DNA from: Botryllus schlosseri
Taxonomy: Eukaryota
NCBI GenBank assembly: GCA_051294905.1
Contig: CM119372.1
Location: forward strand, 3,288,001 to 3,352,000
DNA length: 64,000 nucleotides
Direction of reading: 5' to 3'
Both the position numbers and the translations under genes were made by a program. Below the pieces are notes generated by a model that worked only from the letters and a program-made list of their open reading frames with translations, did not search any database and was not told the DNA's origin. Shown here one piece after another: positions 13,549-27,900 of this stretch (position 1 is the first letter of the stretch; each line of letters opens with the position of its first letter).

Positions 13549-14674
13549 TAGGGTTACCATATTTTTGTTTCACAAATTCCGGACGCTCTTCAGCGCCCAC
13601 TAGCGGATTTCAAAATGAGATGTGAGCGCATTGTCGATCAATATGACGTCACACCAGCAACGCTTTGTCTATCGACTAGAGGTGGTCGCGATCTGGTTCA
13701 GGAGTATGTGGTTGTGTATTGTATGTTGTAACCTGGGCCGTAGCCACATATTGCAGCCCCATCCCACCCAAATAAACACTGGTCTTGGGCCCATCGTAGG
13801 GTATTCGATGCAACTTCTGGGGGTTTGCTATATGCATCTGGTCGTTAAATAATTTGAATGAATTGTGTCAATAATATTGGCTCTTCCATATATTACTGTA
13901 TAATTTTAATGCTCTCTCTGTCCACATAATCAGAGTCAGCGGTAGAATAGAGCTGATGTAGGATGATGACTTCGAAAATGCAAGGAGCGTAATTGTACAT
14001 CGTTTAGTCATGTTCATGTCACGCCGATAAGATTATTTATCAGCCTAATGCGGGTGTGCACGTCACCACTGAGCTATATAAACACCGCACATCCGGTGTT
14101 TTCCAACCTTTTATGGTCGCGAATCCATTTCCAATTTGAAAATGTGCCGTGGCCCAGCTCACAATTTGATGAGCTGACGGCACATTTGCCCAGACTTACT
14201 CAGAGCCAATTTTGGAAGCTTATTACGTTCAACATCTTCGCGAACCCCAGAATAAAGGCAAACTACCCCCAGGTTTAGAACCAACATCTTTGAATAAAGC
14301 ATCCAAACGACCTAGAACGACGACTCTATGAATACCGCTATATTGTAATTGCGATTACAATTAGACTTCTTTTTGTAAATTAATGTTATTTTTTATTTAT
14401 TTTTTGATCGCACTTTTTGCGATGGCGGTAGTACCCATATTAAAACCAATATATATGATACTAAATCGCGCGCAGCGCGAAGAAAAATTTCATGTAGCAG
14501 AAATCTGCCCAAAAATAGTCTTGTTTAGGTTGATTTACGAAAAAAAGATATGAGCTTACTTCAAGCCTTCAAAATTCCGGACATTTAGGCATATTTTAGA
14601 AATTCCTCCCGGACGCAGTTTTAACAGTGAAATCCCGGACATGTCCGGGAAATTCCGGGCGTATGGCAACCCTA
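13549..14674. mobile_element. hAT-type MITE family F (TAGGGTTACCATA TIR)
   Basis: TAGGGTTACCATA...TATGGCAACCCTA; exact TSD TTCTATGC; subterminal CCGGAC repeats. Confidence 0.88.
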
Positions 14675-17082
14675 TTCTATGCTCTCATTTTAATTTTATT
14701 CTCATTTCTGGTTTTCCAAAAACAATACCACAGGAGAACTGACTAGTGCTCATGAGAATGAACTCAGGTTTGATATGAACTGAACTTAATTTTTGTTGTG
14801 TTTCTTTTGCGAACTTGGTAATTCTAATTCTGATATAATTTTGGGAAAGGTGTAGCTATAATTCTAATTCTAATCTATTTTGGAAAAGCTCGATGATTTC
14901 CAGATGTCCAACTCTGCTGTGAAGTGATTCCTGGAGCATGTTTGACAATACTCCGAAATAAAATTATGTACGTTGCATATAAGACTTCGACCATCTGTCA
15001 TCCGTCTTCCGCCAGCAGTTTAATGCGATTCGACCTCCCAGTTTATGGTTCAACGGCAATGATGACAACCTCAAGCGTGAGCTTTCAGCTTTGTCTCAAT
15101 CATAACAAAGGCGTCTGCGATGCGAAACGTTAAACCGATTTACGAGCGTGGCTCCGGAATAGGATTCTATTAGGAGGGCAATCAGAATATATTCACTGTT
15201 CAGTTCATGTAGTCAGCTCCTTTGTTCTACATCGACTTTAGTTATCATTTAAACTAGCATCACAGTGAAAGCCAAAGATGCATGCGCTGCGTGTATAATC
15301 CCGTCCAGCATTAGATTGATTGCAGCCTATCTCGTAAACAGTATGACTAGCGTATTATATGTAACAGTGACTTCAGAGCAGCTAGCGTAATCTTCAGTAG
15401 CCCACACTGTAAACAGAAATAGTTTGTCACGATGGCTTCCACGATAGCCTAGGGTGCGAATCAGGTAGACGCCACTTTCTGGTACCGGTACAAAAGTTTG
15501 TTATCATTACATTATGCCGGCGGCCTGAATTGTCCCATATGCTATGATGTGAATTCAGTGAATAAACACATTTTCTACACATGGACGTTGTACAGTACAC
15601 ATTGTACACATTGTACTGCGCAGTGTACCAAGCAAATGAAATTCTGCCACAATCACGGTGGTACAGTCCCTGTAGTATATTAGCGTAAGAAGTGCAATGA
15701 CCGGTGACCGTGTTATTTTTATTACACTCCGGAGCCATAACCATCGAGTCTATAGCATAACTACACCTCCGACTTAAAACTCGTGAAATATATCGCGGCG
15801 ATGGAGTCGTTGAATTTATTAGCCGCCGTAAACTGATTTACAAGCGCATTGACGGCGTCGGCTGAGAAACGGAAACAGAGGCATTAGTGAGAGTAAGGAT
15901 TACTCGTGATTTTTTACTCGATAACAATAAAACTTTTATCGCTCCAATGTATACAAACGCGACTGTAATAATAACGAGTGTAGAAGATATCTTACTCTGA
16001 AAATTGACATGAAAACGGCTGATCAGGAGTGGAGTAAGTTTATACTATAATTAGTTTGTAGAGCCTATTCAGCATTTCGCATTTTAGGTCGGTCTATAAC
16101 TCGAAACTTGTAGAATTAATCGGTAAGCCGAAGACAAGGCGCGTTACAGTCGTCAGTTGGATGTGTGGTTGTACTCCATTCCCAACGCCAAGTTGCTTTT
16201 TGTTCTATACTGCTGCAGACTCGGTGCTCTCGTCTTAATGAGACAGAGCCAAGTAATATTACATCGAAGAGATTCTCGGAGGTAGAGAACTGCAGTCTAC
16301 AATTGAACACTAACAGTGAACAATGATACCTTCACCTGACACTCGTGAGGGTTGGTCGTCGTCATTTAGTTTCGAGAGTGAGCAGCGTAGTGACGTAGTG
16401 ACGTAATTAGCAACAATCTCGAGCTATACATGTTTCATTCCTGATATGTAGAATACCCTTTAATTAAAAAAAATTGAACGTATTCGAACTATTCCTAATC
16501 ATGAGTACTGAAAACTACAAGCACAGTAAAATGTTTCAAGCGACTGTTAAGAACCAAAGGTTTGAGCGACTAACAGGAAATAGGCTACAGGACAGTCAAC
16601 GAAATGTAATCAAACGATTAGGCTACTTAGAGCTGACTCAGGATAATAAAACGTAATTGGTAAGGCGCCAGCGATAAGGATGATACCGATACGGTCCGTA
16701 AAATTAAAATAAATGCAAAAGGAAAGAACCTCCTGATAACTAAGAATTACAATATTGTGGTTGGCATTTACATTATCACTTGCTCGGAAACTGTTAGATT
16801 GGATTTGATGAACATTAGGGTGCGAAAAGTTTCTGGCCAAAGTAAATTTGGCCAAGATTGGAGGTAAGATTGGGATAACATATCTACAAATGCGTGATCA
16901 AGTTTGATGAAGCCTTAGTTGGAAACTTGAATTTTATTTTTTGCTTTTGATGCAAAAGCCTCGGTACTGGTCAGAGATTAAAAAAAAACTTTGACCGTGG
17001 TGTAGGAAATGGTTCAGCACAGGTTTCAGAAGAGTTAATTTGCTGTTCATCCATTTTTGAAATATTAAGATTTAGTTTAGCC

Positions 17083-17379
17083 CACTGGTTCCCTAACTTT
17101 TTTAGGCACGCCCCCATTTATGACAGTGAATATTTCGCGCCCCCTTATCGTCGTAGCACACAATGAAACCATAAAATTAGCAATCCTTATATATGGTTTG
17201 ATGGTATGGAAGGTTATGACTGTTGAGTGTTGATGAGAGAATTCTCCAATACGAAATTCAGACTATACACCGAGCAATAACCATAAAACGGAGATGAATC
17301 GGCTTCACTGGAGCGTCGCGCCCCGTTCAGATGCTTTCACGCCACCCAAGGGGTCACGCCCCCAGTTTGAGAACCACTG
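17083..17379 (+). mobile_element. ~300-bp Buster-type MITE
   Basis: CACTGGTTCCC...GAGAACCACTG; exact TSD GTTTAGCC; same family as 30989-32234 and 58708-59023. Confidence 0.88.
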
Positions 17380-17626
17380 GTTTAGCCTATATTGTACTTC
17401 ACGGAGTTTTCTGTTGGCACTGAAGTATGGGAACAGTATAGCGTGACTGAATTATCTAGTTATAACGCAGCACGCATAGAACACCGATGTAAATAGGCTA
17501 ATTATTACATGTGGTGACTGTTTGCTAAGGCCTTAAGGCCCCTCGTCGTCATCCTGGTTCGTACCGGATTTTTACTGGTGCGACGAATAAATGATTGATT
17601 AAATTATTATTTTATGTTGTGATTGT

Positions 17627-17798
17627 CAGGTTTCCATGAAAATGTAATTGAGATTGTAATGAAGCAAAATTTTGATCAAATTACAATTACAATTACACAA
17701 AATAGAAATGCTTTAATTACAATTACAATTACAATTACATGAAAAAATGTAATTAATTACATTCAGCTCAATTACAAATTACAATTGATCCAACTCTG
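17627..17798. repeat. Short foldback element with GTAATT/AATTAC repeats
   Basis: CAG...CTG ends; GTAATTG units on the left, CAATTAC units on the right. Confidence 0.55.
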
Positions 17799-20333
17799 AT
17801 CGTGATATGCCAAATATCCATAACCCCATTTTCACATGGCGTTCCTTCAAAGCAAAATTGACTTACCGTTGGTTCTATAGTTCTTTGATTGGGAGTTTTC
17901 GCAGTACGCTTGAGAAGAACGTTGGTTCTTCTTCTATCGTACAGCATTGAGTTTGAATTATTGTGCACGAATTACCAGTCGCGTATGATGGATTGTCGGA
18001 TTCGATTAAATAGGAATGTTCTTATTCCGTTTGTTGGTATTGTTGTAAATTGAAACGATTGAATATGTACATCGATCAATTACGGCGCTTCACGAGAAGT
18101 CGTTACATTTGATCGATGGCCGATCATGGGCAGTAATTGGGCACGCCGGGTAAACAATCAATCCGTAACCGCGGGGAAACCAGCTTGAATGCAGTCCGAC
18201 ATATTTTTATCGGCATATGATGAAATTGCGATCATTCTGGTGGTACCATGCAGTGAGAAGCGTGTGATGTTGTTTTACCCTATCGACGTTTCCTGATCTA
18301 TTGCAGTTACGAGATTAGGCATAGGCGTTAAATTCGTCTTCCTACTGATCCTGTTTTGACATATAAAGTACCTAGTAGTGCATACAAAGATATAAAAAGT
18401 TAATCCATGCGAAGAAATAAGCTAATGATGCGTATCACGCAAACGTTCTTCAACTATAGAGATTGTAGTCTCTATACTTCAACGCAGGGTCGTTAATGAA
18501 GCGTTAGATTCGACTATTTCAATTCAGGGACGGGTAGTTCGTCTGTGAGATTTCCTAGTATTAATTACGACTAAAGAAGATGTATCGATCGCTGGGATTC
18601 AATCAAACTTGAAAACAAGTAGATAATTCTAGTGGTTTAATTAGAGCGAAATACCGGTAACTTTATTCTAATCTAATTCGCGAAGTGTCTCTATGCTCTG
18701 ATTTTAATTCTAGTCTAATTGTTCGTTTTTCTGAAAATGCTACAGAACTGTGCGGTGCAAAACGAGCCAAGCTTGGTGTACAGAAATTTTCCATTCTCGG
18801 GCTTTAGTGACTGAACTATGATTTTATTAACTTTATTTACTTGCGTTTCTTCCTAATTATGAATTCAATTGAATTTCCAAGATTTTTATCGTATTCTGGG
18901 ATTCTATTTTTTTTTTTAGAATTTGGGAAAGCTAAAAATATTCTAGCTGGCCAGCACTGGATTCAACATCAGATTATTGGCCTATGGACAGCAAGTCAAT
19001 GTCATTGATTCGCATTCCCATATGGATCAATCGCAGTGTGATCTATCGCTGACATGTCCGTATTTCTTCGATTGCAAACTAAGTTTCCAATGTAATTTGG
19101 TCGACACCTGTACGGTTTTCCTTTCCCACGAGATATATCGAACACACCCGCGTTCCTCCGTATGCGAAGGTTCGTTTAGACTTTACTGGATCGCCAAAAT
19201 CTCCCGATGCGACGAAGCGAAAATTCATGCAGCATAGTTTGAAATTGGGATTGCTCTTCAGTGATTCGCGTCGACTATTGATAATGCGTAATTGGGTGGA
19301 AATATTTGCCATTGCCGATGAAGATATTTTGCACACAAATAGGAAAGACCGCATCTAAAGAATTTTCGAACTCTCTTGTTGCCATCACAACAAACCCAAT
19401 TATAGATAAATACGGAATTCAACAGAGATTCCCTAAAGTGCAGTCTAAATGAGCATAAACACAATGACTATAGGTAGACTTGAATGCGCTTGGCAGAACA
19501 AGGCCATTATCATAATGCTCAAATTATTATTACGTTGGCCAACAAAATGAAGGAAAAATAACAGAACATCTAGTAGTTGTTTTCTGGGTTTTTGAGCTTG
19601 CTGATTACGAATGTGCAATTAGTTTTACCAGGTTGACTCTAGCTTTGAAGATACTTGTACCCCTAAATAATCCTGAATTACTGTACTTACCACTTAAATA
19701 TTTCACATAGTAAGAAGTAAATCGTAGCGTATTTTCTACTTTTATACTGCACGTACTTGGATAATTATTACTTCATTGGTCAATATGTCCATTGGTCAAT
19801 ATGTCGAGAGTCGAGTATGTCAGACCTCAGACGCATACAGTAGTATGTCATTGCGAATCGTCTAAATTGCTACATTTGACTCTTGGGGCCGAATGCCATT
19901 TATTCAGAATTGTTTACCGAAAAAGTTGGTTGGAGTCTAAGAAACGTATATGTAATCTATAAATTTGATAGTGATAGTGTTCTGTTGGTCTGTGTCGTGG
20001 TAGCAGTGTGATATCGATTGCATGTTTGAATATGCCGAGAGAAAGATTTTTCACTTTCAGGTTGTCACGTTGTCTGGTTTAAACTGCATCCGAAACGATT
20101 AGCCTTCGACCATCTTTTGGTAACACATATTGTACGAATTGTAGCTTGACGCAATCTTCGCGATGGCTCTATTGAAATTTCCTTTCATGCCTTTGCTGTC
20201 TGCGGTTTTCCGATTCATAATTTTAGGTGGATGTGATGACTTGAGCATACTCAATGTTCATTTTGTACCAACGTGATATCTACCGTAACTCAGAGAACTC
20301 ATTCCAACATTGGCAGATGATGGCCCATATAAG

Positions 20334-20815
20334 CAGGGCGGGGCAAAATCGAGTACAAGAGTGATTCGATTCCGAATCACGTATCATGCTTCGAGTCGAG
20401 TCGAGTATCACTCGTTATGACGTCATAACATAATGTAATATGTCAGATTTCACATATGTACCCTGCATGCAGTCACAAAGAATATAATGCCTGTTATAGA
20501 TCACATTAAAGATACTTTTGGTATTTTTTCGACCATACCGATTTCATTGCACTTTGTGACAATGCTGCTGTGGGATGATCATGACTTCGGAGATGTGTTA
20601 TTTTCTGTATGCTGCGATACGGCCAATCAAGGTTTCTAGGCTTCCACAGTAGTAATAGCGTTGAAACTACCATTCTCGTTGATAAATTAACTTTCGGTGG
20701 CGAGCAGCGTATAATTTCAATACTCGAAAAAAATTGTCTTTCACTACTCGATTGGAATCATTAAAACTAATGCTCGATTCAAATTCGAGTACTCGGATCA
20801 TTGTGCCCAGCCCTC
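20334..20815. mobile_element. MITE family H (TCGAGT-rich ends)
   Basis: CAGGGCGGGGCAAAATCGAGTAC...GTACTCGGATCATTGTGCCCAGCCCT; diverged second copy at ~27012-27466. Confidence 0.7.
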
Positions 20816-21089
20816 CCCATAAGTCGGTTATCAAAAAGATTCGAGATGAAATATCACTTTGCCTGCACCCACTGATGGAGTTGGCATATAATTTTTCTGT
20901 CATATTGACAGAATTTAGGATTTAATCTGGGTGATCTGGGAAGGGGCCGAACGCGAGTCTGCAGGATATAAATTGGCAACCAGCCTTTGTATTCGCATTG
21001 ATTTATGTATAGAGTACTGTTTGAGACGTTTATTGCTGATTTTCGGACTTGGCAAAATATAGACTACGCCGTTTCAATAGGCTCTAAAT

Positions 21090-21559
21090 CAGGGGTGTCA
21101 AACTCGAATTGCGTCGGGGGCCGGACTCAAACCTTCAGATCACTCGCGGGCCGTACCGGTCAAACGATTCCAAAATGTTAAAATGATATACAGCAGTGCG
21201 ACCACATATATTTAAATCATATTTGGTAACTGTCGTACAACTGTTTCGCATTGGCGTTCTCGTTTCTGTGAAAAACTATTCTTAATTCATTTATCCGCCA
21301 CAGTCTGAATTCAGTGCGCTAGTGCACTTTTTTGCCTTCTCGGTGACTATAGAGTGAAATTACAACATCGCTATAGGATGATTACAATGAGGCCTATCCA
21401 TTCCACATACCTGGCATTTGTTTTCTTAAGGTAAATGGATTATTTAATTGAACTATTTCTTACGAAAAATCTCATCATTTGATAGAAATACGCCGGATAC
21501 CACACGGATTTCTCAATCTATTCAAAATTGCTTCGCGGGCCGTATGTTTTACACCCCTG
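21090..21559. mobile_element. Buster-type MITE
   Basis: CAGGGGTGTCAAAC...GTTTTACACCCCTG; exact TSD CTCTAAAT. Confidence 0.9.
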
Positions 21560-22949
21560 CTCTAAATCTAAATAGGGTAATATTTCTTGATCGAACATAC
21601 TTGCATACAAAGACTCTAGTTCGCCCGCATATGGCGGAAATGGTTGTTATCTTTATTTGCCTATGTTCGACCCTCATAAACCCGCGCGATGCTTAGGACG
21701 AAGCCTTGAATATGAAGCAGAATTAGCAATTAGAATATTCTCGAGAACATAATGAATCCACATTAGCGGTGAGTGACTGATGTGCTATATCGACAAAGGG
21801 ATAGTTTACGTATCCGACATTACCCAAATCGTAAGGTTGATAGCTCGTAACAAAATCATAATTAATATAAACACGGTCACAGTAGGTTTCACAACAATGG
21901 TGCGCGACAATAGACGGGATGTCGCGTGGTTGAAACAGCAAGTGAATGTTATTGTAACGAGTCCCGGTGGAATACGCGCAAGTGACTTTTCCTTAGACTT
22001 AAAATCAATTGCCCATAACATTGAATATACTCATCCGCCGGGCATACCATAGATAGTATATGGTCCTTTCGATTTTGGTGATAAGTCCACCGCGTGTATC
22101 AACTTAGTTCAGGCATATCAGCTTTAATCTTAACTGGGATACAAACAACGTAATTTGCCCGCAAATGCCCCCAGTACCTTCCCAACGGCCCGAGTATTTA
22201 CAATCTTTCCGCAAGTCTATATTGTAGTAGGAGATACGTAATAACATTACCATTGACCATACGACAGAGGTATGCCGTGCGGTGTGGAATCTTCTTGACA
22301 GACAGGCAGATATAAATAAGGATATAAAAATCCGCAGGTCGCGCACGTGATTTCTAGTATAGTTACATTGGAAGACTTATCAATAAAATTAGGTGCCGGA
22401 ATATACACAACAGTAAGAAAAACCCGGAACAAACTCGCGTGAGATGCTACAAATCATTTTTGGGTAATCCTATTTGAGCGAAAAATATCGAGACGGCAGA
22501 TTTCGTGTTGTCGGGAGAGGTTGTTGACGCTTTCTTTTATGTGCATAGGAGTTGCCTTTTATCAAAATACGCCAACCAAGTCTGCGCCCACACATGGTAT
22601 TCGACGTTCGTGTACCATCTAAAATAGTACAGTAAGCTATCTTCGCCCCGATTATTCGAAATATCATGCCGGTGACGACATATTTTGTGATACGATTATG
22701 GATATATGATATTCTCGCCAATTCCCTACTAGTTGCTGACGAATATCTTCGGGTTCATTTCAATACGAATATAACAAACGCTTCTATATTGAAGTTCTGT
22801 ACCGACAAGAAGCTCTTCAAATCTCTCAAGGTTTTTAACCGAATTTTCTTTGAAATATTCCAATGCCAAGTCAAAAGATGCATATCTTTATTGTTTTGTC
22901 TCAATTTTAGCTCACTTGAGTTCAGCTCAATCGTACGCAAGACTATAAG

Positions 22950-24309
22950 CAGGCCGTGTTATTTTTGGCATTTCAGGAGCCAGATGCCAAAACTGCCAAA
23001 AATAAAAATTTGAAAATGCCAAAAATAAGCAATTTTTGGCATATGCCAAAAATAACACGGCCTGCCAAATAGTGTATTTCGTTCATGGTGTTGTGTTAAC
23101 AGGACCTCGTTACAAGCGAGAAGAGCGTTTGTGAAAGGCAGGTTTCTTAATCTGGGTCCAGCCCACCCATTAGGGGGGAAAGCATGGTGTCCTAAATGGT
23201 GTGGGCACAGCGAGATTGAACGGCTGACTGCATTTGGTTTACGTCATACTTTCCATTTGTCGAAAGGCAATTTTACAACCATTTTTGACCGGCTTGTCGG
23301 GCACTAAATTTGATAAAACGGGTATCAATGAGAAGCTGCCGCAGTACTGATTATTAAAATCTAAATTATATTCTGCTCATGGAACTGGAATCCCCAAAAT
23401 CAACCACAATTTTTGCATTGTGATCCAGTTGAACATTGTGACGCAACAAACTGTCTGGCTATTTCTGAGCTGCATAGTCTCGTTTTGCCAGACAGTCTTG
23501 TTGCGTCAATGTTCTTAAACAAGCCAACTTTCCCAGGACTCTTCCATGCGAGTTGGTAATATTAAAGCCACCTGAAGTGACAAAAGTCCTCCGAAAATAT
23601 ATCGGTAGACTGAAGGGGAAATGATAGTCGGGCTACTAAATAGAATGTGTTAAGAGACAACACAGGAAACTCCTGGAAAAGGATCGGGAAGAAAATTCTT
23701 TCCGCGATAAGATCGATGGCACTGGCGAAGTGATCTCTTTTCATGATGCATGGAAGCCGGTTCGGCCCTCCAAAGATTTTGAAGCTCTGAAAACCTTTTG
23801 TGGATGACTGGCAACATTCTTTCCCTCAACGGCTACTGTTGAAGCCGATATTTCCCAGATTCGCTGGGCGAGAAAAGAATTCAGGAGAAACTTAGCTGAC
23901 CTGAGTTTGGAAGCACTGTTACAGTGCAAACTATTTAAGTCTATTCAACAGCTGTAACAATCAGCTGTTGAGCGTGTTTGTTAGGCTTTTCTTTCTTTTT
24001 TTTTTGCTTATTGGCACCGATTCCGATGGATACTGCACATTTTGTGGTTTCGTTTGATATTATTACCCTATGCAATCGTTAGTTTTTTTCTTCTTCTTAT
24101 CGTTTGTTGGCACTGATTATACGTGGATGCTGCACATTTTGTGGTGTCTTTTGACAAACTAGCCCAAATAAAGCGTTTTTGTGACTAATTCGAGGCTGAA
24201 ACTATCTATTTAGAGGACGATGCCAAAACTGCCAAAAATAAAAATCGAAAAATGCCAAAAATAAGTTATTTTTGGCAGTTTTGGCATATGCCAAAAATAA
24301 CACGGCCTG
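22950..24309 (+). mobile_element. Internally deleted hAT transposon
   Basis: Perfect TIRs CAGGCCGTGTTATTTTTGGCA...TGCCAAAAATAACACGGCCTG, exact TSD ACTATAAG, subterminal TGCCAAAA repeats, transposase remnant inside. Confidence 0.92.
23529..23957 (+). pseudogene. hAT transposase C-terminal (dimerisation region) remnant
   Basis: One frame with four internal stops: FPRTLPCELVIL...IECVKRQHRKLL...SFHDAW...FCG*LATFFPSTATVEADISQIRW..EFRRNLADLSLEALLQCK; PSTATVE resembles the hAT P-x-S/T-x-x-x-E motif. Confidence 0.8.
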
Positions 24310-24981
24310 ACTATAAGGTATATCTGAAAGCAATTTCGCGGGTCACACATTTAAAATTGAAATCTTCGCGGACCTCATGTTGCTCAAACGCACGCCTCTG
24401 CTATAGTGTATTTTATAATATATTTACAATTCTCGGGGATATAATATTGTTCTATGGTTCTTTAAACTTGTCAATCGTAAAACAGATCGATAGATTCGTA
24501 ATTTCTTCGTCCTGGACTTGGTATAAATATTTTTCGTCTGACACTCATGTCTCACATCTTCAATGGCAAATAGGATTGATGTGACCAGATTCGGTAACAC
24601 GCTACGCCTCCTCCGGGATGTCCGAGACATTTACTCAGCTGCCAAAAGTCAGAGTACAATACCATATTGCAAAAACGAGATTTGACTCTATTGTCGAGAG
24701 TCAGCTCATGGGAATTTTGAGCATGAACCCGCATTGTAATCGTCACCGCGCCATAACGCTGACTGAATCCCTATGGCGTTAGTCAGCCTGAATGATGCTG
24801 TCCGTAATTGTGATTACATGGATTTTGTATTTTGACGAACAGGCTGTGTTTCTGTTACAGGAGCATTTTAGATGTATAATAAAGCGAATGCGTAAATTTA
24901 AAACTCTCAATACTCTCTGTGCAGTTCTTTCGTCATAATAGTGGATAGTTAGAAGAGTGCGATTGACAGAAACGTTCGCTC

Positions 24982-27900
24982 ATGGATCATCAAGTAAGCA
25001 AATTTTGCATAATATGATTGTCTTTGTTTGCCTCGCATTCTCGGCCTATTTCCCTCTTTGCGAGGGTGCGATTGTTATTGCAACGAGTCCCAAACTGTGT
25101 GCCACCACAAATTCTCAGGTGTTTCTCTAATCTGTTGGTAATTTCGTAAGATAACTGTAAGTGTATACCTACTATTTCAAATAAGGCGTGCAGACAAGCA
25201 TATGCGACTTCTTAAAAGCGCGCAATCAACTCATAAACATACATGTTCGCTACGGTTGTATGTGTTCGCATGAACATTGAACAAGCATGTCTATTGCGTT
25301 GAAAAAAGTGTGCCACAACGTCACAAGCTTTAAAAGTTTGGGAACCACTTATGAAGATGACTTTACCACTGTATATACTGTGTATACGCCTCTTAATTCG
25401 ACAATGTGTTTCTGTGTTCTCCTCGAGTATCAGTAGGCTAGGACCTTTCTCCATTCACATAAGGTGTTTTACTTCAACCTTGAACCGGCGATAATATTCT
25501 TATGCAGGGAATCTTTACTCTTTGCTATTTACAGATTGCATCTACGCTGTGGTTATCACCGAATATGTGCGTGCTTAGCGCATTGCCTACGATTCCGATG
25601 CATCCCGCACAGATTCGTCCACACCAGTACTCCACGCCTCAATTGTTGGACCATTCATTTCTTACAGGTAATGTAGTTATACATTAGCTATGAGGTTTTC
25701 ACGACGTATCTTTTCTGTGATTGCCAACTTCAGACGAGACAATGACTAATTAGGACCGTGACATTTACAATATATATGATTTTATGCGGGTCAAGCCATG
25801 CACTTGCAACCAGTTTTCATAAATTTCGTCAATGCCTAGTAAACCGACGAAATGAAAATTGCAGCCGAAGTGGCATTGTAAATCCGAAATTACCAAAATG
25901 AGGTTGGTGGTACCATAAACCAGCACCACAATTCACCAGCACTACTGAAACCTCGGTTTGACAGAACGTAGAATATACAGGGAACACCCATATACATATA
26001 AAATGGGTTACTCTTAGCTCAGTAGGCCTTTATCTCACAAAATAAAGAGAGAGAGAGAGAATTTATCATTGCAAACAATATAAAGAATTATTAGATGGAA
26101 TTAAATAAATAAATAATATAATTCAAATTTGACATGATACAGAACAGATTGATTGAATGTAGTACGCGAATTATGTTCCATAAAATGATTGTGATATAAA
26201 TGGATATTAGTGGATATACACGCTTGTTGTATGTCTATAATCCTATAGCTAGAATTTCCCAGCATTTAGAAATGTAATATGGTATGGTTGATGGTTAGGC
26301 ATTGCTGTTGTGATTCTAGAATTCATCAACCCCTTTTACATCTAGTCTAGTCCTATAAGTCGTGGAAGACAATTATCATTTATTTATTGATTATTTTTTC
26401 AGTTCCTACGAATAACATTGTTCACAACGCGCAAATACTTCATCACCCTCACATGATATCTTCACCGCAGGTAAGAAAAGACTAATCCATTTTGTGTATG
26501 CTACATTATACTGCGATTCCATTGAGACATGGTCTACAACATTATGGATACCCTTGGGAGTGTGAACCATGCGTAATTCCATGACATCATGTCTGCTGTT
26601 GTTATTTGCCGTAGTGGCATTCTAGAAATGAAAATGAACTCACTTCTGCCATCATGTGTTAGGCGCTGGCTATAAGCTTACACGATCGATATTTCAATTG
26701 TTATGGCGTGAGTTCGAATCGAACTAATCTCGTATCTCGCCTATTTTAAAAAATGGAGGCATAGCTGGTCAAAGTAGTCAGCGTTGCTACTCAAGTAGTG
26801 TTGGAAATAACGCTGTGGATTTCTAATCAATTACAAGTAGAAGTAGCGATCTATAAGACGTGTCAAAACTACTTCAAGTGGAAGTAGAACTGAATATACT
26901 CAAAAGCACCCAAGTACTTAGTTTCTGATATATTCGTAACCATCTTGTTTTCATTCATTACTTAACAACAATATAATCGTAATATCGATTGAATTGCTTA
27001 TTGTTTTTGATTAGGGACTAGCAAAAGTGAATACTTGAATGATTCGACTCTTGATAAAGTACCACTACTTATTATGACGTCATAGCAGTATGAATGATGT
27101 GGAAAGTTCGAATATGGTCCTTTTATTCGACTACAAATAATACAAAGCAAGTTCTACATCACACTGAAGATAAGTTGGTTTCTGGTTTTTCTACCATACT
27201 CATTTCATTGCACTTTGTGTCAATGCTTTGGGTCGATCACGATTTCACGGATATGTCATTTCCACTAACGTGCGTATAGCTGCTGTGATGCGACCGCTCG
27301 AGGTTTACAGCCTTCTAAGGTGGATAATAGTATCGAAACTATAATTCTCGTTGATAATTCAAATCTTGATGGCACGGAGAATATAATTTCAGTGCGCACT
27401 CGATTCGATCATTAGAATTTATACTCGATACGGATTTTTAGTACTCGAAACATTGTTCCTAGCCATATCGTTGATTTTTCTCGTACAGAACATCGTTCAC
27501 GTTCCGTTGGAAAACTTACTCGTTCCGCCCGCCTCTACTGATGCCACAATAGACCTGCAGTCACCCGCTATTGGCGTACACAGTTTCACTGCAGTACAGG
27601 CTGAACCTCAGACCTCTCCTCCTCGGGTAAGACAGTAGCACGCGCGGTCGGAATAGCCTCTGTATCACTGCATCACTATTTGCAGTGTCCAATTGTCGTT
27701 TTAGTTAGTAGCATAGATAAATCCTGCAACTTTGAAACTAGGGTTAGGGTTAGGGTCCCCATCACCGAATCTACGCTTTGAGGCTACTTACTTGCGGACT
27801 TCTCAGGTATTTTCACTTTCATACTTGGATTATCCTTAACATGCCATGGGAATTGTTACTTCTACTTGCAATTGAGTGCAAATTTATGTAGTTGCATCTA

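Noticed and set aside
27739..27756. TTAGGG telomere-like run
   Set aside because: Under three units; too short to call an interstitial telomere.
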